A DNA stretch of 64,000 nucleotides from Magallana gigas. Its lineage: Eukaryota. The translations under genes were made by a program, and so were the position numbers. Each line of letters opens with the position of its first letter. The stretch's first letter is position 1. The notes beneath the pieces are model-generated. The model searched no databases and was not told the DNA's origin. It was given only the letters and a program-made list of their open reading frames with translations. Positions 23,817 to 37,850 of this stretch are shown piece by piece. The stretch spans positions 28,024,001-28,088,000 of the forward strand of contig NC_088862.1 in NCBI RefSeq assembly GCF_963853765.1. Direction: 5' to 3'.

Positions 23817-26771
23817 TCCTATTTATTATACATGAAAGGTGTATATATATTATGGATTAAATAATTATTTTTAAAAAAAATCAGCTCCTTTTTTTTTATC
23901 AATCATCAATCAGATTCCTCTCAGTAGTAAGTAGCTAAAATAAATCTTTTTATAAATCTTGAAACTTAAATCTTGAACATAATAGCTGTGTCTGTTTAAA
24001 ATTTTTGCCTCAATCATTTTCCAAAAACAATTATTTGACATATTTTTTGGAGGACACTTATTCATGTTTGCTTTTCAGATTGATAAACAGGTACATGTAA
24101 TGCATACATGCATACGTAAAATGTCATAATGTGTTAAATTTAAAATATCATTGGCGTCAAAATTTGTCCATTGGTGTTTTTATATGAGCAGATAGGTGAA
24201 TGTCACTGCAATAAGAATGCGTTTTTAAAGAAAATGAATGTTATACTCTTTTTTTAGCATGTTTGTCAAAACCCCACTTAATTATATTTTACATGCATTC
24301 AGATTATGCACATTTTTTTTACACGAAAAACTGTCATTTATATTTCATGTTTTCTTCGTACAGACTCAACTTCTCGAGATCTTACATGTTATGAATAAAG
24401 TAAAACATTCCATTTTTTAAGATGACCGAGTCAATTAGAAGTATATGTCTATTTTAATCAAGAACAGTTAATCTTTTATTGATTGTACTATCTGTAAAAA
24501 AGTAAAGTTGTTTAATATTAATTACAGATATCCAACATCTAATATCACAGCATAGCACGGTATTTGATATCCATGTAAAGTCTATGATGCATAATTAATT
24601 GTCTCCATAACTTTACTATCATTATAATTATCCTCGTATGAAAACTACTAACCATATATATATAATCGATCATCATACTTTGACACTAACAAACCAGGAC
24701 GGAAGTTCTACTAGCAGAAGAATGAACTGATTTCGAACAATTTAGATGGAAATTATCATAGCATTAACATGTCCCGTTTTTAAATATGATGCGAGTTTGC
24801 GTGCATCAATTGACATTTAACATTGCAAAAAGGCTTTTTAAAGGACAAACATGTTCAAAGGAACTGAGAAGGAATTTGACATTTAATTAGCTATAATTTT
24901 AATTGATTATGATAAGAGAATTCTGAATCCATACTAAAACTGTGAAAGTCACATTTGCTTTTTAGAGAATCTGTAATATACTTTGTAATGACATTAAACT
25001 ATAATCGTCATTATCAATGTGTGCATCTATGTAATTGAAATTTAATCTTAGTTATCAATTATGCCATTGTATTTCATAACGAAATTGACACATAAGTTGA
25101 AATGTTTAACAAAATGCCTTGGAAACTCATCCATTTCGAAATCAGAAGACAACTTCAAATTGAATTATAAAAATTATGGTCACATTGTTATTATGGCAAC
25201 TCATGGGATTTTACGAATGGAGTCAACGAATACTTGTGATGGTTTTTTCATTATGGTTCTTAGCTGTGGTTATAAACTGTGAAGGCATCTTTCATAATGC
25301 ATAGAGAAAGCAAAACAATCAAAATTGATGCATTCACAAAACACCGGATACAAAATTCAAAATGAAAGGTGCTTTTATGTTTGGGTGGAACATCATTTAT
25401 ATATGAAGCATTAATTTTGGAGTTTATCCTTTTAAAGTATATGTTTCAATCCTTCCTGGATAAACTTTATGAAATACTAAAATAATAATCACATCACTGA
25501 TTAAAAAAATATTAGTCCAGTTTATGACTTTATCCTGTTCGTTTGAGTCAGTGATTGGGTTTGAATTTTGTATCTGGTGTAAGGTTAATGCATCAGTTTC
25601 AATAGTGTTGCTTTCTCCAAAATTTTAAATCAATCACTGACTCAAACGGACAGGATAAACTTCACAAATAATGCTTAATATATAAATGGTGTTCTTTCAA
25701 AACATTGATACACTCATTCAGTTTCTGTTTTCTATAATGTCCGTGTTTATTAGAATAAAGGTTTTAAATATACAGGTACAAGGTGGTCTTAACAGAATTA
25801 TTTTTCGGAAGACAGTGCAAGAAGCATTTTTGAAACAATAAGACTTTTTTTATAAAATCGGACAAAAACGAAATGTTTGGCAAAGTGTTTCATCTGTAAC
25901 ATTCTTAACGTGCGAAATTTATTTTGGCTTCAGCAAATCCGCAAGCTACATTAAACTTTCGGACTATAGCGTATCATACCATCGGGGTTTGAGGCAAACC
26001 ATCGGACGGTTGGGCGACCTTCACAGTTTGGAGTCTTACATATGTTTTAACATTTGTTTATGCAAATGCATTATTTGGCATTATCACTAAATGTTTCCTC
26101 AATGGTGAACATTTAGCGATACATGCCACGTGATATTGAACTAGTTTTGTCCGATTATTTTTTTCATATACTTATCCCCCATTGTACTCAATCCCGCGTA
26201 TGCTTTTTTATTTTATTTATCAAACGGGAAAGTTCCCAAACCAAAACAAAATACGCAATTAAGTCTATAGAATCGTCGATTCTTCGTCACTTATTACAAT
26301 AAAACACAATGGAAGTTCACTCCATTAATCAGAATATGTAAAACAAAAATGCCTTGTATACAGAAACTATCGAAAACATGCTATATGTTTTTAAAGATTT
26401 ATTGCATAAAAGAGGAACGTGATTTTTTATATAATATCATACAGAGTTACATTTTACTGCATAATAATTTTGAACTGTTATGTTATATAAATCATATAAA
26501 TAAAGTTGTTTCATGAATGTAGTTTCAAGGATATCGATCAAATAGTGCCTCAACAGGATTCATGTAATACCATAAAAGTCAGATTGTATATACATGGCAT
26601 TGCGTTTTCATTGAAATATTCATTTTTATCCACTTTTCGCCACTATTTGCAATGTTTCTATTCGATCGGATAATTTATAGAACACGGAACAATTAAAACG
26701 GACATTAATACATTCATAAAGCTCCAGACTCGAGTTTGAGTGCCTTTTAAAAAAACATACGTTTGGATACC

Positions 26772-29648
26772 ATGAAAAAAATAGTAAACGGATGCGTTGT
26801 TTTTATGATACTGTTTGGGTCTTTTCAAGCCAGACTTGCGAAGACTTGTAATGGGTAAGTAAACTTTGAAAAATGAAATTTCTGGTTTTGCTAACTGTTG
26901 TCTGTAATCACAATTATAGAAAAACTTTTCTTGTAGAATTAACGGAACATCATGTTGCAACAGGTTCAAGTGGGATCTCACACAAAAGAAATGTTTACGT
27001 AAATATAAGAACTAAACTATATAAAGCATTATAAGCTGCATTTTTCATGTTGAATTTTATTTTACTTAAATGTTCTTTCCTACTAAAATGACAAAAATAT
27101 CATGGGTTTTAAATTTCTGTTAGTCATATTTTTGTGGAAAAGGCCGTTAAGAAGCTTTATTTGGAGCACAATTGAATTATTGTCGTCCTGTAAAAAAATT
27201 GATATGCCATATATTCCTGAGAAGAGAAATATTTCCTTTGACAAAAATTAATGATGTTTTCAAATGTTATTTATAAGAAAGTTTACGTTATATGCAGACT
27301 TATCATACAAGCGGGTTTTAGCAGCAAAATAAAATTCTAAAAAATACAGCTCATATTGCTTTAATCATGTAAAATGCATATCAAATATGTTTCTTTTATG
27401 TGCTAATATTTTATTCAAGCATCACAAAATGTGGAATGTTTTAATTTAAAATATCAACTTTGGACATTAAATGAAGTTTCAACATTATTAACAAAATTAA
27501 ATGTATAAAGATTTCCGGCCATTAAATTTTATAAGAACTGTCGCGTCGCTTATAAGTCAACACTTAAATCACTTTAGTTTCTGTTGATAAACAATATTGT
27601 ACACTTGTATAATATTCAAGGTACTTAATAAAGCTCCATCTTATAGGCTAGTCGAACGCATCAAACTGAAAACATCACATTCATCATTCAATACTCATAT
27701 CTTTAGCTTGTGCCAAGGGGTATACGGGATTAAGTTGTGAAAGCAAGTGCCCATTTCCCTCTTATGGGCTTGGATGTCAGTCACATTGTAACTGTATTGA
27801 CAAAGACTGTGATCCTGCCAATGGCTGTAGACATTCGTCTAGAGGTACATATGCTTCAAACTACAGTATATCTAGTATGCAATTTGCTTCTATATACAAT
27901 TTCATGTAAAATGTCGTAGGCATCACTTCTTCAGGGGATCCGAACACTTCTTCAATAGGCTTGGACGACAAGATTGTTACAACAGAAGTTTTGAATCCCA
28001 AAGTCCACACTTCTGAACGTAAATATGATTTCAAACAAACGTACATGAGAACAAGTATTCCTGTACTCACATATCCTTGTAGATTATACTCATATTGGAG
28101 AGAATTTCCAGATGTACTCTCATTGTACAATACCTTTTTGATAGTAAATTCTAAACATACTTATGTCTAGACTTATATAACAAAACTAGTTTATGCGTAG
28201 AAATATTTTGGTACGTTACATGAATGTCATTTTGAAATATTTGTTCTTGAAAATGCAGTTTAATGTTGATATAAATTCGATATACACCATTTTAAAAGAA
28301 AATTATGATGAAAGAAATAGTTTTCATTCTGTTATCTTTCAAAACCGACAGCGCATTATTTTTTGTAAACTTGACAGATGATAGAATGAGTATTTTTAAC
28401 ATATATTGTGCTGTATTTTGTTTACTTATCAATATCAATGAAATTTCGATCATTGTTGTGTACAAAACAATATTTATTTAGCTTGTAAAAAGGGATATAA
28501 TGGAACAAACTGCAAGCAAAAATGCCCCTTTCCTTCGTATGGACTAGGCTGTCAGAGAAAATGCAACTGTATTGACAAAGTATGTGACCATATCAACGGA
28601 TGTATGCAACCAACTAGATACACATTTGTTATCAAAGGTAATATTTTTTTAATCATTTCAAACTTAAATGACTAAGAATCATGCTTCTTTTTCTTCAAAC
28701 AATAGTTTGAAGTATCAAGCAAAATCCGTTTGTAGAAGAGTGTATTTATAAATTTTAAAGATAGAATATAAAAATGATTCTGAATTTGATAATCAAACAC
28801 AAAAGAATCCATTTGTTTATTAATTTTGTCTTTTTATACTGTTTGATTAGTTTTGAAATCAATTATGGGATTGGAATTAATGATTTGCATGATTTTTGCC
28901 TTAAATGTATGATAATAATATCCAATTAATGACTGAGTTAAGAGGAGAAACAAGTTTCACCTTTCTTAAACGATAAAACAATGTTGTATAAGTAATATTT
29001 TACCTCAGGTTTTCAAAAACTAAGTCACGATGTGACAATTACAAATATATTTCAATGATAGATGATGCAGCAAAAAGCCATTGAAAATCATCAATATAGT
29101 GTGGAACTATATTCATAGGACATAATTTTTAAAGTCATTGCATTGTTTTTCTTTTACACTTTACATCTTTTACTGACAACAAACAAATGTTAGGTTTATT
29201 ACTTTTAAAATATTCACTAATTTATGCTGAGTTAATTAATCAAACCAAGATTGTTTTACAAGATTTAGATTGATTAATTGTTTTTCTTTCTAGACTACCC
29301 CAGTCCTTCCACCAGCCTTAAACGCCAGACCGTAACAGCTTACATTTTCAAGTCTGAAGTCAATACTTTTGAAAGTAAAAATTCATTCTATCTGAAATAA
29401 GACTTATTTGATGTATGGGTGAATCGATGGATGGATGGATAATTTATTAAAAGAAGTATTTCATTGAAAATAAATTAAATAACAATCAACTTATATTTAC
29501 AGATAGCAAATCATACATTGATAAAACAACTACATGTACGACGTCGAATCAACCCGCTAAACGGAATAAATCTCTCATGTTTGCACTCATTGGACTATCT
29601 ATTGTTGCTTTGATCATAGTCTTTTTTATTTTCATGCTCGACTATTAG
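26772..29648 (+). CDS. Gene E: intact 7-exon two-EGF membrane protein with almost no cytoplasmic tail
   Basis: Exons 26772-26854 (MKKIVNGCVVFMILFGSFQARLAKTCNG), 26937-26998, 27707-27844, 27935-28018, 28482-28637, 29294-29374, 29503-29648 (..FALIGLSIVALIIVFFIFMLDY*). All GT-AG and phase-compatible. Confidence 0.87.
27025..27360. mobile_element. Kolobok-like MITE (AG...CT termini, TTAA target)
   Basis: TIR agca(t/a)tat(a/g)agctg, flanked by ataa/ttaa. The paralogous intron of gene B has a single ttaa (~12877-12880). Second copy at 51387-51738. Confidence 0.75.
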
Positions 29649-32530
29649 CGAAACATTTGCTATGATACATGTATTATAATTAATATAACTTAGCTACGTG
29701 CATTGTGCATCTTTTGCGTATTAAAAGAAACATTTCTTCTATTTCAGTTGTCTTTCATTTCTAAGTTTAAAAAGTTAAAGCTGCATAAATCGTACGACAT
29801 AGACACTTTTAAATGAGGAAACAATCTTATTTTAAAATGCGTCATCATCTTGTCACTGATAGAATAATTTTTAAGGCATCAGTGTAAGTCAGCTGTTCAA
29901 TTATTCATATACTGTATATTATAAGTGCAACCCATTTATTTTATCTCATTTGTTTCATTATTTGTTGAAATTTCAATGAAAATCAAGAATCAAACAAGGA
30001 TCAAGGAAACAAAGTTTGATATCAAAAATGTCAATATTAAAAAAAAATCGTATGTATTAATTAATGTTTTCATTAAATTTAAATGTGGCAATGAAAGGAA
30101 ATTAACTTGATTATAATTTAACAGCAATGAAAGTTTCCGTATGTTTATAGAAATCCTTTCCTCTTGTGTTTGGCACAGAAACAATATTAAGCGCCTTAAT
30201 TGACTTTATCAAAACCCCGGTAACTATAACTCATATTCATCGCAATCACTTATTATTTTTAGCGTCTTTTGTGTGTTAATTAACTAGTGCCCATTATGCC
30301 CAGTACTATTTTGTCATGATGTTATTATTTTATTACATGTCCAGTATAAATATTTAACGAATGAATTGTTGTGACATGCAGTTAACTTTTCAAACGTGTG
30401 CTAATAAACATTTGCCGTTAGATTTTAATTGAAAGCCCTGAAAATCTATCTCCATAGGTCAACCAAAATATTCAATCATAATTATGTTTATCGAACAGCT
30501 TCTTATCTTTTTATCACTAAGGATCTAAGGAAATATCTGTAATAATTATGCTGATCGTTAGGCAATTGTTTTATATATGACCGTTACAATTTTCCTAAGA
30601 GAATTTCATAATTAATTTTTTGTTATATCTCTATTCATACATTATCAATTTAATTCGGGGTGTGATTCATTCAGCAATACATAAAGCATGATAATATAAA
30701 CACAACGACCTGGAATAGCTGAGATGCTGACATATGTGTTATACTATTTGATATAATAATACAATATAAGGCATCTTTTAAATCCATTACATATTTTATC
30801 TGAATCAGAAATAAAAAAATTGGAAGTGTGTATAGTGAAAGAAATGGGAGAATTCATTTGAATACATATACATACAGTAGCAGAACTGTAATCATTACAT
30901 GTAATTTTATTATATACACTAAAACACTAGCAGTACATAAAATAGTCTGAAGGTTAATGACGTACTAAACGAAATCTTTTGATAACATAGGATTATTCAT
31001 TATACATGTATTTGTATTCGTTACATTTAAAAATGAACATATTGTTACCAATAGCGTCCATATAGGCTAAATGGCTGCTGCCTACACATAATTTTATCCA
31101 GGTGTTAAAAATATATAGATATATCATCTTAAAATTGAAAAAAAATGAACTCGATAATCTTGGTTTAATTCATGTTCACAGACTTTGTGTCTGATTCTGA
31201 TAATATCAAAACAAGGTTTTTGTCTTAAAAAAAAAACAAACGAATGCGCCTATTGCTAGAATAAATACTGATTACTAGACAAAATATTGTGGTTATAATG
31301 CAAATGTTAAAGCTTTATGGCGTTTATGACTTAAAAAAATAATACACATGTAACACGAATTTGATTGTAGAAACAGACAATATATATTATATTTCAACAG
31401 TTTTGAACTCAGATAACCCCACGTTTCTATAGTTAAATTGACTTTAGACTTCTTTATTCAAATATCTATCATCTTCGTGGAGTCGTTATATAAACCTGTC
31501 ATTGTTTTAAATTTCTGATATCTTAGAAACGCGAGTGTAGTTTGCAGAAAAAGTCAAATCTTTAGATAAGGTAATGGAACAAACATAAAGATCTTTTTAA
31601 TTTTGGTCATTTAGATTTATCAACAATACGCCATATATAACTTTAAAATAAATCATCATTTGCATTCGGAATAATTTTCAGGAGGGAAGCATGAACAAGG
31701 TATTATACAGGTAATTCAATTCGGAATGATTTTTTAGGGTGGAATTTTCCATGTTTACTAGGTACTAAAAAAAGGTTCAAATGTTAACTTTGGCAAGTGG
31801 TATACAACGGTTTTAATTTCTGAATCATGTTGACCTAAAATATGTTGTCCTTAAATTATTATAATCATCAAGCAATTAACAATATGTGTTCAAATTCGAG
31901 AAAAAATTCTATTTTCCTATCGAACGATTTTTTCCTTCTTTATGTGGTACTACACACAGGGCGAAAAACCATCTTTAAGCAAGTCCTTAAAGGTGGCTTA
32001 AAAGTGACTTAAAGGAGCTTAAAGGCTATACAACCTTTAAGCCGCCTTTAAGTCACCTTTAAGCAAGTGCTTATAGGTCCTTAATGTCCAAACTTCTTTA
32101 AGCTACCTTTAAGCCACCTTTAAGCCACCTTTAAGCATCTTTAAGTGGCATTTACGCTCTCTTTACACTGCCTTTACACTGTCTTTAAGTGGCCTTTAAG
32201 TCAATATTGATCAAGCTGAACAATAAAAACATATATTAAATGCAAAAGCTCTTTTATAGAGATGGGAGGGGGTCATCCGAGTGATAATATAATTTCCAAG
32301 GAAGGGGGGGTGTTCCAGGCGGTTTTAATCGTCGCTCCATTAAACACAGATCGCTATCATCAGCACGTGCACCGGTCTGATGGACACAGATTGCCGTTAT
32401 AAAATTCTTTATAATTTTTGGGGGGTTTCAAAATTATTGTAGGTATGAGCGCAGTTTCTGTATCTTAATATGTGCATAAAACTAATTAAAGTATGTTTGT
32501 TTCCTATTATAAATTAATCGGTGAAAAAAA

Positions 32531-32533
<3 letters not shown>

Positions 32534-32594
<61 letters not shown>
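32534..32594. repeat. (TC)n microsatellite
   Basis: Direct read. Confidence 0.95.
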
Positions 32595-32598
<4 letters not shown>

Positions 32599-32800
32599 CA
32601 TCCGGTTATTAAACAAAATAAAGATAATGAACCAAAAATGCATGATTTAATTTGTTAATCGGTTTAAGGTTTGTATTTTTTTTTCAATTTTCATTATTTC
32701 TAACTGCTAGATACATGTTAAAGATGAAAAGACTCTCAACTGCCTTTGTTATATCGGGCAGGATATTACTGCTTTGTTTGTCTAGACATAGTTTTGTTCG

Positions 32801-33025
32801 TTTGTGTATATCTAATTAGAGTCTATTGTTTGTCCAACTTAAGAAAACCCCTGGAACTAACACAGAATATACAAGATATACAGAGCAGTTGTGTCGTGTG
32901 CCCAGGTGCATGTTTGTGTATATCTAATTAAAGTCTATTGTTTGTCCAACTTAAGAAAACCCCTGGAACTAACACAGAATATACAAGATATACACAACAG
33001 GTGTGTCGTGTGCCCAGGTGCACGT
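32801..33025. repeat. 112-bp tandem duplication (2 copies)
   Basis: tttgtgtatatctaatt...cccaggtgca starts at 32801 and 32913 and is nearly identical. Confidence 0.9.
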
Positions 33026-33840
33026 TAGGGTTTCTAAAGGCGTTGAATCTTAGTATGTACGAGTATACGATAAGTCTAGTGAATAAAAGTTAATTTACAT
33101 TTGTAATTCATTTTCAAAGTATTATTTCCTAGCTCTGGGTTTCAAAGATGTTACGTCTACAAATTAACGATACATGTATGTAAGAGTAAAATCTTGAGGC
33201 TAATTAATTAATGTACCGGTGATCATAAATAGGAGTTGATTATTTAAATATATGTATAAGGGTAAATATGTCAAATATACCCGGCCTGGCACATCATACA
33301 ATTGTATGTACAAGTCATTTGCAATTGCCACATGCAGTAAATACGTCACCGGTAATTGGTAATTTTATTTGTTATAGAATTGATAGTTTAAAAATCATGT
33401 ACATGTACATACAATTACATGTAAATATTTGAACATATTGGAACGGCGCCGCGATCATGAAAACCGGGAAATTGCGGGAAATTGAACAAATACCCTAAAA
33501 GTATCAATGCATTTAATAAAAGAAATAATTTCATTTTCTTTCTTACATTTTTATAGCTATAAATTAGATGAACGTATATCTACTCGGTTTAAATTTATTA
33601 ACTAAGAAAGCCTACTATAGTGAACCTAACGGTTTCCATTTAGGTATAATATATTTTTGTTCCCTGAAGACCAAGTTCCGTATTTCTTCTAAATACATGC
33701 ATGCATGTAATTTATAAATTAGATATAATTGATTGTTACAAACTGAATGGTTTGTCAAAATGTTTTCAAGTAAACACATTCAATACAGTGATTCAATATC
33801 CACTGATATATAGGATATTAAAACGCTTCTATATATGTAA

Positions 33841-33925
33841 GTTGCCGTGGCGCAGAGGACGTGTGGTGATGCTAGTAAGCTAAGGGTCCCGGGTTCAATT
33901 CTCGCCGTGGCCGGTTTTTTTTTTC
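33841..33925 (+). ncRNA. Degenerate tRNA-derived Pol III unit (SINE head-like), not a functional tRNA
   Basis: Box A tggcgcagagg, box B ggttcaattc and a following T-run. The acceptor and anticodon stems pair poorly. Confidence 0.55.
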
Positions 33926-35297
33926 ATTTTTCTTTCTAGAACAAAAACCGTTTTAATACCTTTTCTTTCATAAAGTTAATACATTTTGTTGGAAATTAAG
34001 CACAATATTGAATTAATTTTTTTTTAATGGCTTAAAGGTGGCTTAAAGGAAGCTTAAAGGTGGCTTAAAGGTGGCTTAAAGAAGTTTGGACATTAAGGAC
34101 CTATAAGTTGTCCTTAAAGGTGGCTTAAAGGTGGCTTAAAGATAGTCTTTAAGCTGCCTTTAAGCCATCTTTACGCTTTCTTTAAGCCACCTTTAAGCAA
34201 TACTTATAGCTTAAAGGTAGCTTAAAGGTGGCTTAAAGATCGTCTTTAAGCTACCTTTAAACACCTTTAAGCTATCTTTAAGGAGGACTTAAAGATGGTC
34301 ATTCATCCTGTGACATGTACAGCAAGTATTTTATTCTTTTATAATTTTAAATATACTAAATTTTTCCAATCTTGATATCATAAAATTGCGTGATTCGTGT
34401 CTATTTTTCAATTTTTTCTCGGAGATGCTCCCTAAACGGCACTAAAGGAAGGGGGCAACCCCTTCCGTACCACCCACCCCCCTTCGGCGCTTCACGCCTC
34501 AGGTGAATCTCCCATTCACATTTGCCTACACAATAGAAGAGAATACACGCCACTGGTTACATGTATCACTTAAGTTCAATATCTCTTTGAGATCAGGATA
34601 TCGGGCTCAATGTCTGCCATTTGTATACAGGTATTCAGGCAAATACAGTTCGGGAAGATGCATCATGTAATTTTCACGTTAGAATGTCAAGATGTTTTGG
34701 CTGGCATTTTGATATATCTTAATCATACTCTTTATTCAACAGCAGACCACCGTCATGAATGAAACTACCTTGTGGATAACGTCCTGCATTATGAACAAAT
34801 TAAACATTGCACTCATTATAATGCTTAAAGTCATTCCAAAAGTATCAGACTCACTTGTACTGATATCTAAAACATCTAATCTATACTCTATGATTAATAT
34901 ACTATTAAATAACGATTTAACGAAAAATTAAATATACCATGTAAATAAATAAAAAGTTTGACTACGTGGTCAGGAGAAAAGGGGAAATGTGAGAAGGAAA
35001 CAACAGTGCTGTTTTATGTATCACAGGGAAGTTGTCTACTGGTACGATAAGGATGTCTATACTCAGCGTCACCATGTGTGTATGAATTGATCAAGCATTA
35101 CAATACATGATCATAATTTATTGTTTTATAAATGTCCTCATTTAATCAGTTTCAGAAAATCCAATTAGTATAATAAACCCTATACGTTTTTAAAAAAAAA
35201 TATAGGGATATTAAACGCTGTAATCAACTAAAGCCAAGTATATTACACATTTCAAAGGAGTTATCCTTGTGAGCATTCGTAGAAAACGGATTATGTG

Positions 35298-37071
35298 ATG
35301 TTTCGTATTGCAAAAGTGATGATGCTTCAAAATTGTGCGGCAGTTTCTATGTATGTTTGTAATGGGTAAGTAAAGTGCTTTCAAATGAAAATTTGATCAA
35401 TTCCATTTCCCACCAGCACATTTCGAATTCATAATGTGGTAAATACGTAGAACATACGAAATCTTGTGTTGTTATGGACTTTTTATGTTGGATTATACTC
35501 CTAATAAATGTATAAGTAAGTGGTAAAATTGTTATGTATTTTAATGATTCTCTCGTTCAAAACTTAGTAAAGCGTACAATTAAATACTCAGCCTGTGACA
35601 AGGGATTTTATGTAGTTAACCGTGACGCCAAATGCCCGACCCGACGTATGTAAAGAAAATTGGTCTTCATGTGAATGTACATGTGATAGCTCAAACTGTG
35701 ATCATGCTACAGGTTATATACACTATTTCACTGTTACCTACATTGTTACTGATATTGCAATAAACGGCAACAATGAAGAATTTCGGGGTTTTTTTTAAAG
35801 TCAATTAACCATACATCAAGTAAAAATAAATTTAATACTTTTCAGGTGTTTGTTAAAAAAGGGAGGGAAACATATATTGTATATGACTGTTCATCTTTCT
35901 TTCTTTTTTAGAATATAAGACTAATTCTATGTTGCCTTTGGAAAACTGGACGTATACAACCGAAAGGGTTAGTAAATAAATTTCTTACATAACTATGACA
36001 TTTATAATGAATGTCTTTGAATCTAATTTGATCGTAATTTACACTGTAACATATTGAAAAAAGAAAATGAGTACACAGTATTTGATTTGAAAAAGAAAAA
36101 CAGTGAATGTAATTAATTTCCCTAATTTGTTTTAGTTTTAATGAATATTACTATGAAGTAATACGTTCAGTCTAATATGAAAAAAAGTTTAGAACTAGAT
36201 ATATGCCCATATATAAAAGCAAAAATGTATTTATTTTAATTTTTGACCATTTTATGCATTTACATGTACAATGCCTCATTTGCATCATTCTCACATGTAC
36301 GAGTTTACGTTAAAGGTACTAGAAATGGAATTTGTTATCGCTGCCGATTCAAATTTTATACCGTAAGCATTCTCAATAATATATTCACAATTTTTACATA
36401 TCAACTCTTGCGTCAGAAACAGGGAACACTGTTAAATTTCATTCTCAAAACTAATATTTACGAAAGAAAGTTGGAATCTAATTTATTATGATGTGAGTAT
36501 CAGAATGTATGTTCGGGTAAAATGAATGTACAGGAATGCATATTGCAGTATTACATGTAATCGTACATATGATCATTGATAGATACAATGTTCTATATAT
36601 GTGGCATACAATGACGCACGTACAAAGTTTAATATTATTCGGATCGGGGATAGGGTAATTGGATCCCTGTTAATGTATAACATGAAATCAACAATAGCAC
36701 GGTTGTTTATTTTTAACAATACATTAACAATACAATATGTTCAACAAAGCATATCAAAATCATATTGATTTAATACTCTTGAAAACACATTATCAGTTGA
36801 TTGAAATTCGGAATTACTTCCGTGTCTGAATCTTATCATCCTTTACGTCAACCTTTTTTAATTGCATTTTACAGATACTTCACATGCCATGCTAGAGAAT
36901 GCTATGAATAACAGCTCATTGGATTGTGTTACAAAGAAAACAGATACGTCAAGTGTTTATACTGAAGTTATCATAATCGGACTTTCAATAGTGTCAATAA
37001 TTATTTGTATGATATATATTTACACCCGTGTGCAAAATTGTTGCAAAATGTCAAACATCAATTCACTCTAA
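35298..37071 (+). pseudogene. Gene F: D-type paralog with a decayed EGF exon
   Basis: Exons 35298-35365, 35451-35515 (CCYGLFMLDYTPNKCI), EGF exon from 35592 with Cys>Arg, a frameshift and an early TAA, 35912-35971, and TM exon 36875-37071. Confidence 0.75.
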
Positions 37072-37396
37072 TATTATTATCATTCACAAACATTAGTATT
37101 GTTGTTTTTAACACGGTATTCAAAATATAAAACCAAATAATGGGACCTCAGCAGTATTCAGGGAAGGCCATTGATTGTTGTTAAGGGGACCTAAAACAGA
37201 ATCAAAACACTGTCAGTTTACATCATGTTTTTAAATTTTGAACTATCATTTTTATGTGCATATTATAGTTTGTTACAGTATGAATCTACAATAACAATCT
37301 GTGTATTATTAATGTCACATGTGTCTAATTGGAAGGGAAAATATATATGGTCAAATTTAAACCTGATTCAAATCAATCAAGACAGTTAAAATTTAT

Positions 37397-37850
37397 CTAT
37401 ATGACTGTGGTGATTTGGGTTGTACTATAACTCAGAAGAAAACACTGGAAAGACAAGCCAAGATAAATTTATGTTAGACAAGCAATTTCAATTAAAAAAT
37501 ATGAAGAAGATTTTAAAAAAGATTAATTGTGAAGAAAAGTTCACGCCAAAACCTCTTAGAAAAAGAATACCAGTTAAATATTTTTTTACACGGGAAAAGG
37601 AAATGGATATGCAAAATTAAATCTTAAGGCAATCAAACTTCACACAATTTAAATTTTCTCGTGCACATGTTTTCTATATAACTGTGTTGATTTGAGTTGT
37701 ACCCCCCTCACAAGAAAACTCTGGGAAGACATACCAAGATTTATGTCACACAAGCAATTTTAATAAAAAAATATATGAAAAAGATATAAAAAAGATTAAT
37801 TGTAAAAAAAGATGTTTATGCCAAAACCTCTAAGAAAAAAATACCAGTTG
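37397..37850. repeat. Diverged ~277-bp direct duplication
   Basis: ctatat(g/a)actgtg..gattt...aaacctct.agaaaaa.aataccagtt occurs from ~37397 and ~37674. Confidence 0.7.

Larger units (their letters stand above)
31955..34312. mobile_element. Non-autonomous CACTA/EnSpm-like element
   Basis: TIRs cacagggcgaaaaaccatctttaag and cttaaagatggtcattcatcctgtg, 3-bp TSD aca/aca, and dense subterminal arrays of a 12-bp unit (ctttaagccacc) in both orientations at both ends. Confidence 0.7.

Noticed and set aside
33841-33915. Functional tRNA gene
   Set aside because: Acceptor and anticodon stems do not pair; kept only as a tRNA-derived relic.
35451-35515. F and I both have a 65-nt exon 2, suggesting a shared insertion
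   Set aside because: The extra codon lies after the CC in F and before it in I, so the events are independent.
37420-37620. Lys-rich 66-aa ORF
   Set aside because: Lies in an A-rich duplicated unit whose second copy does not preserve the frame.
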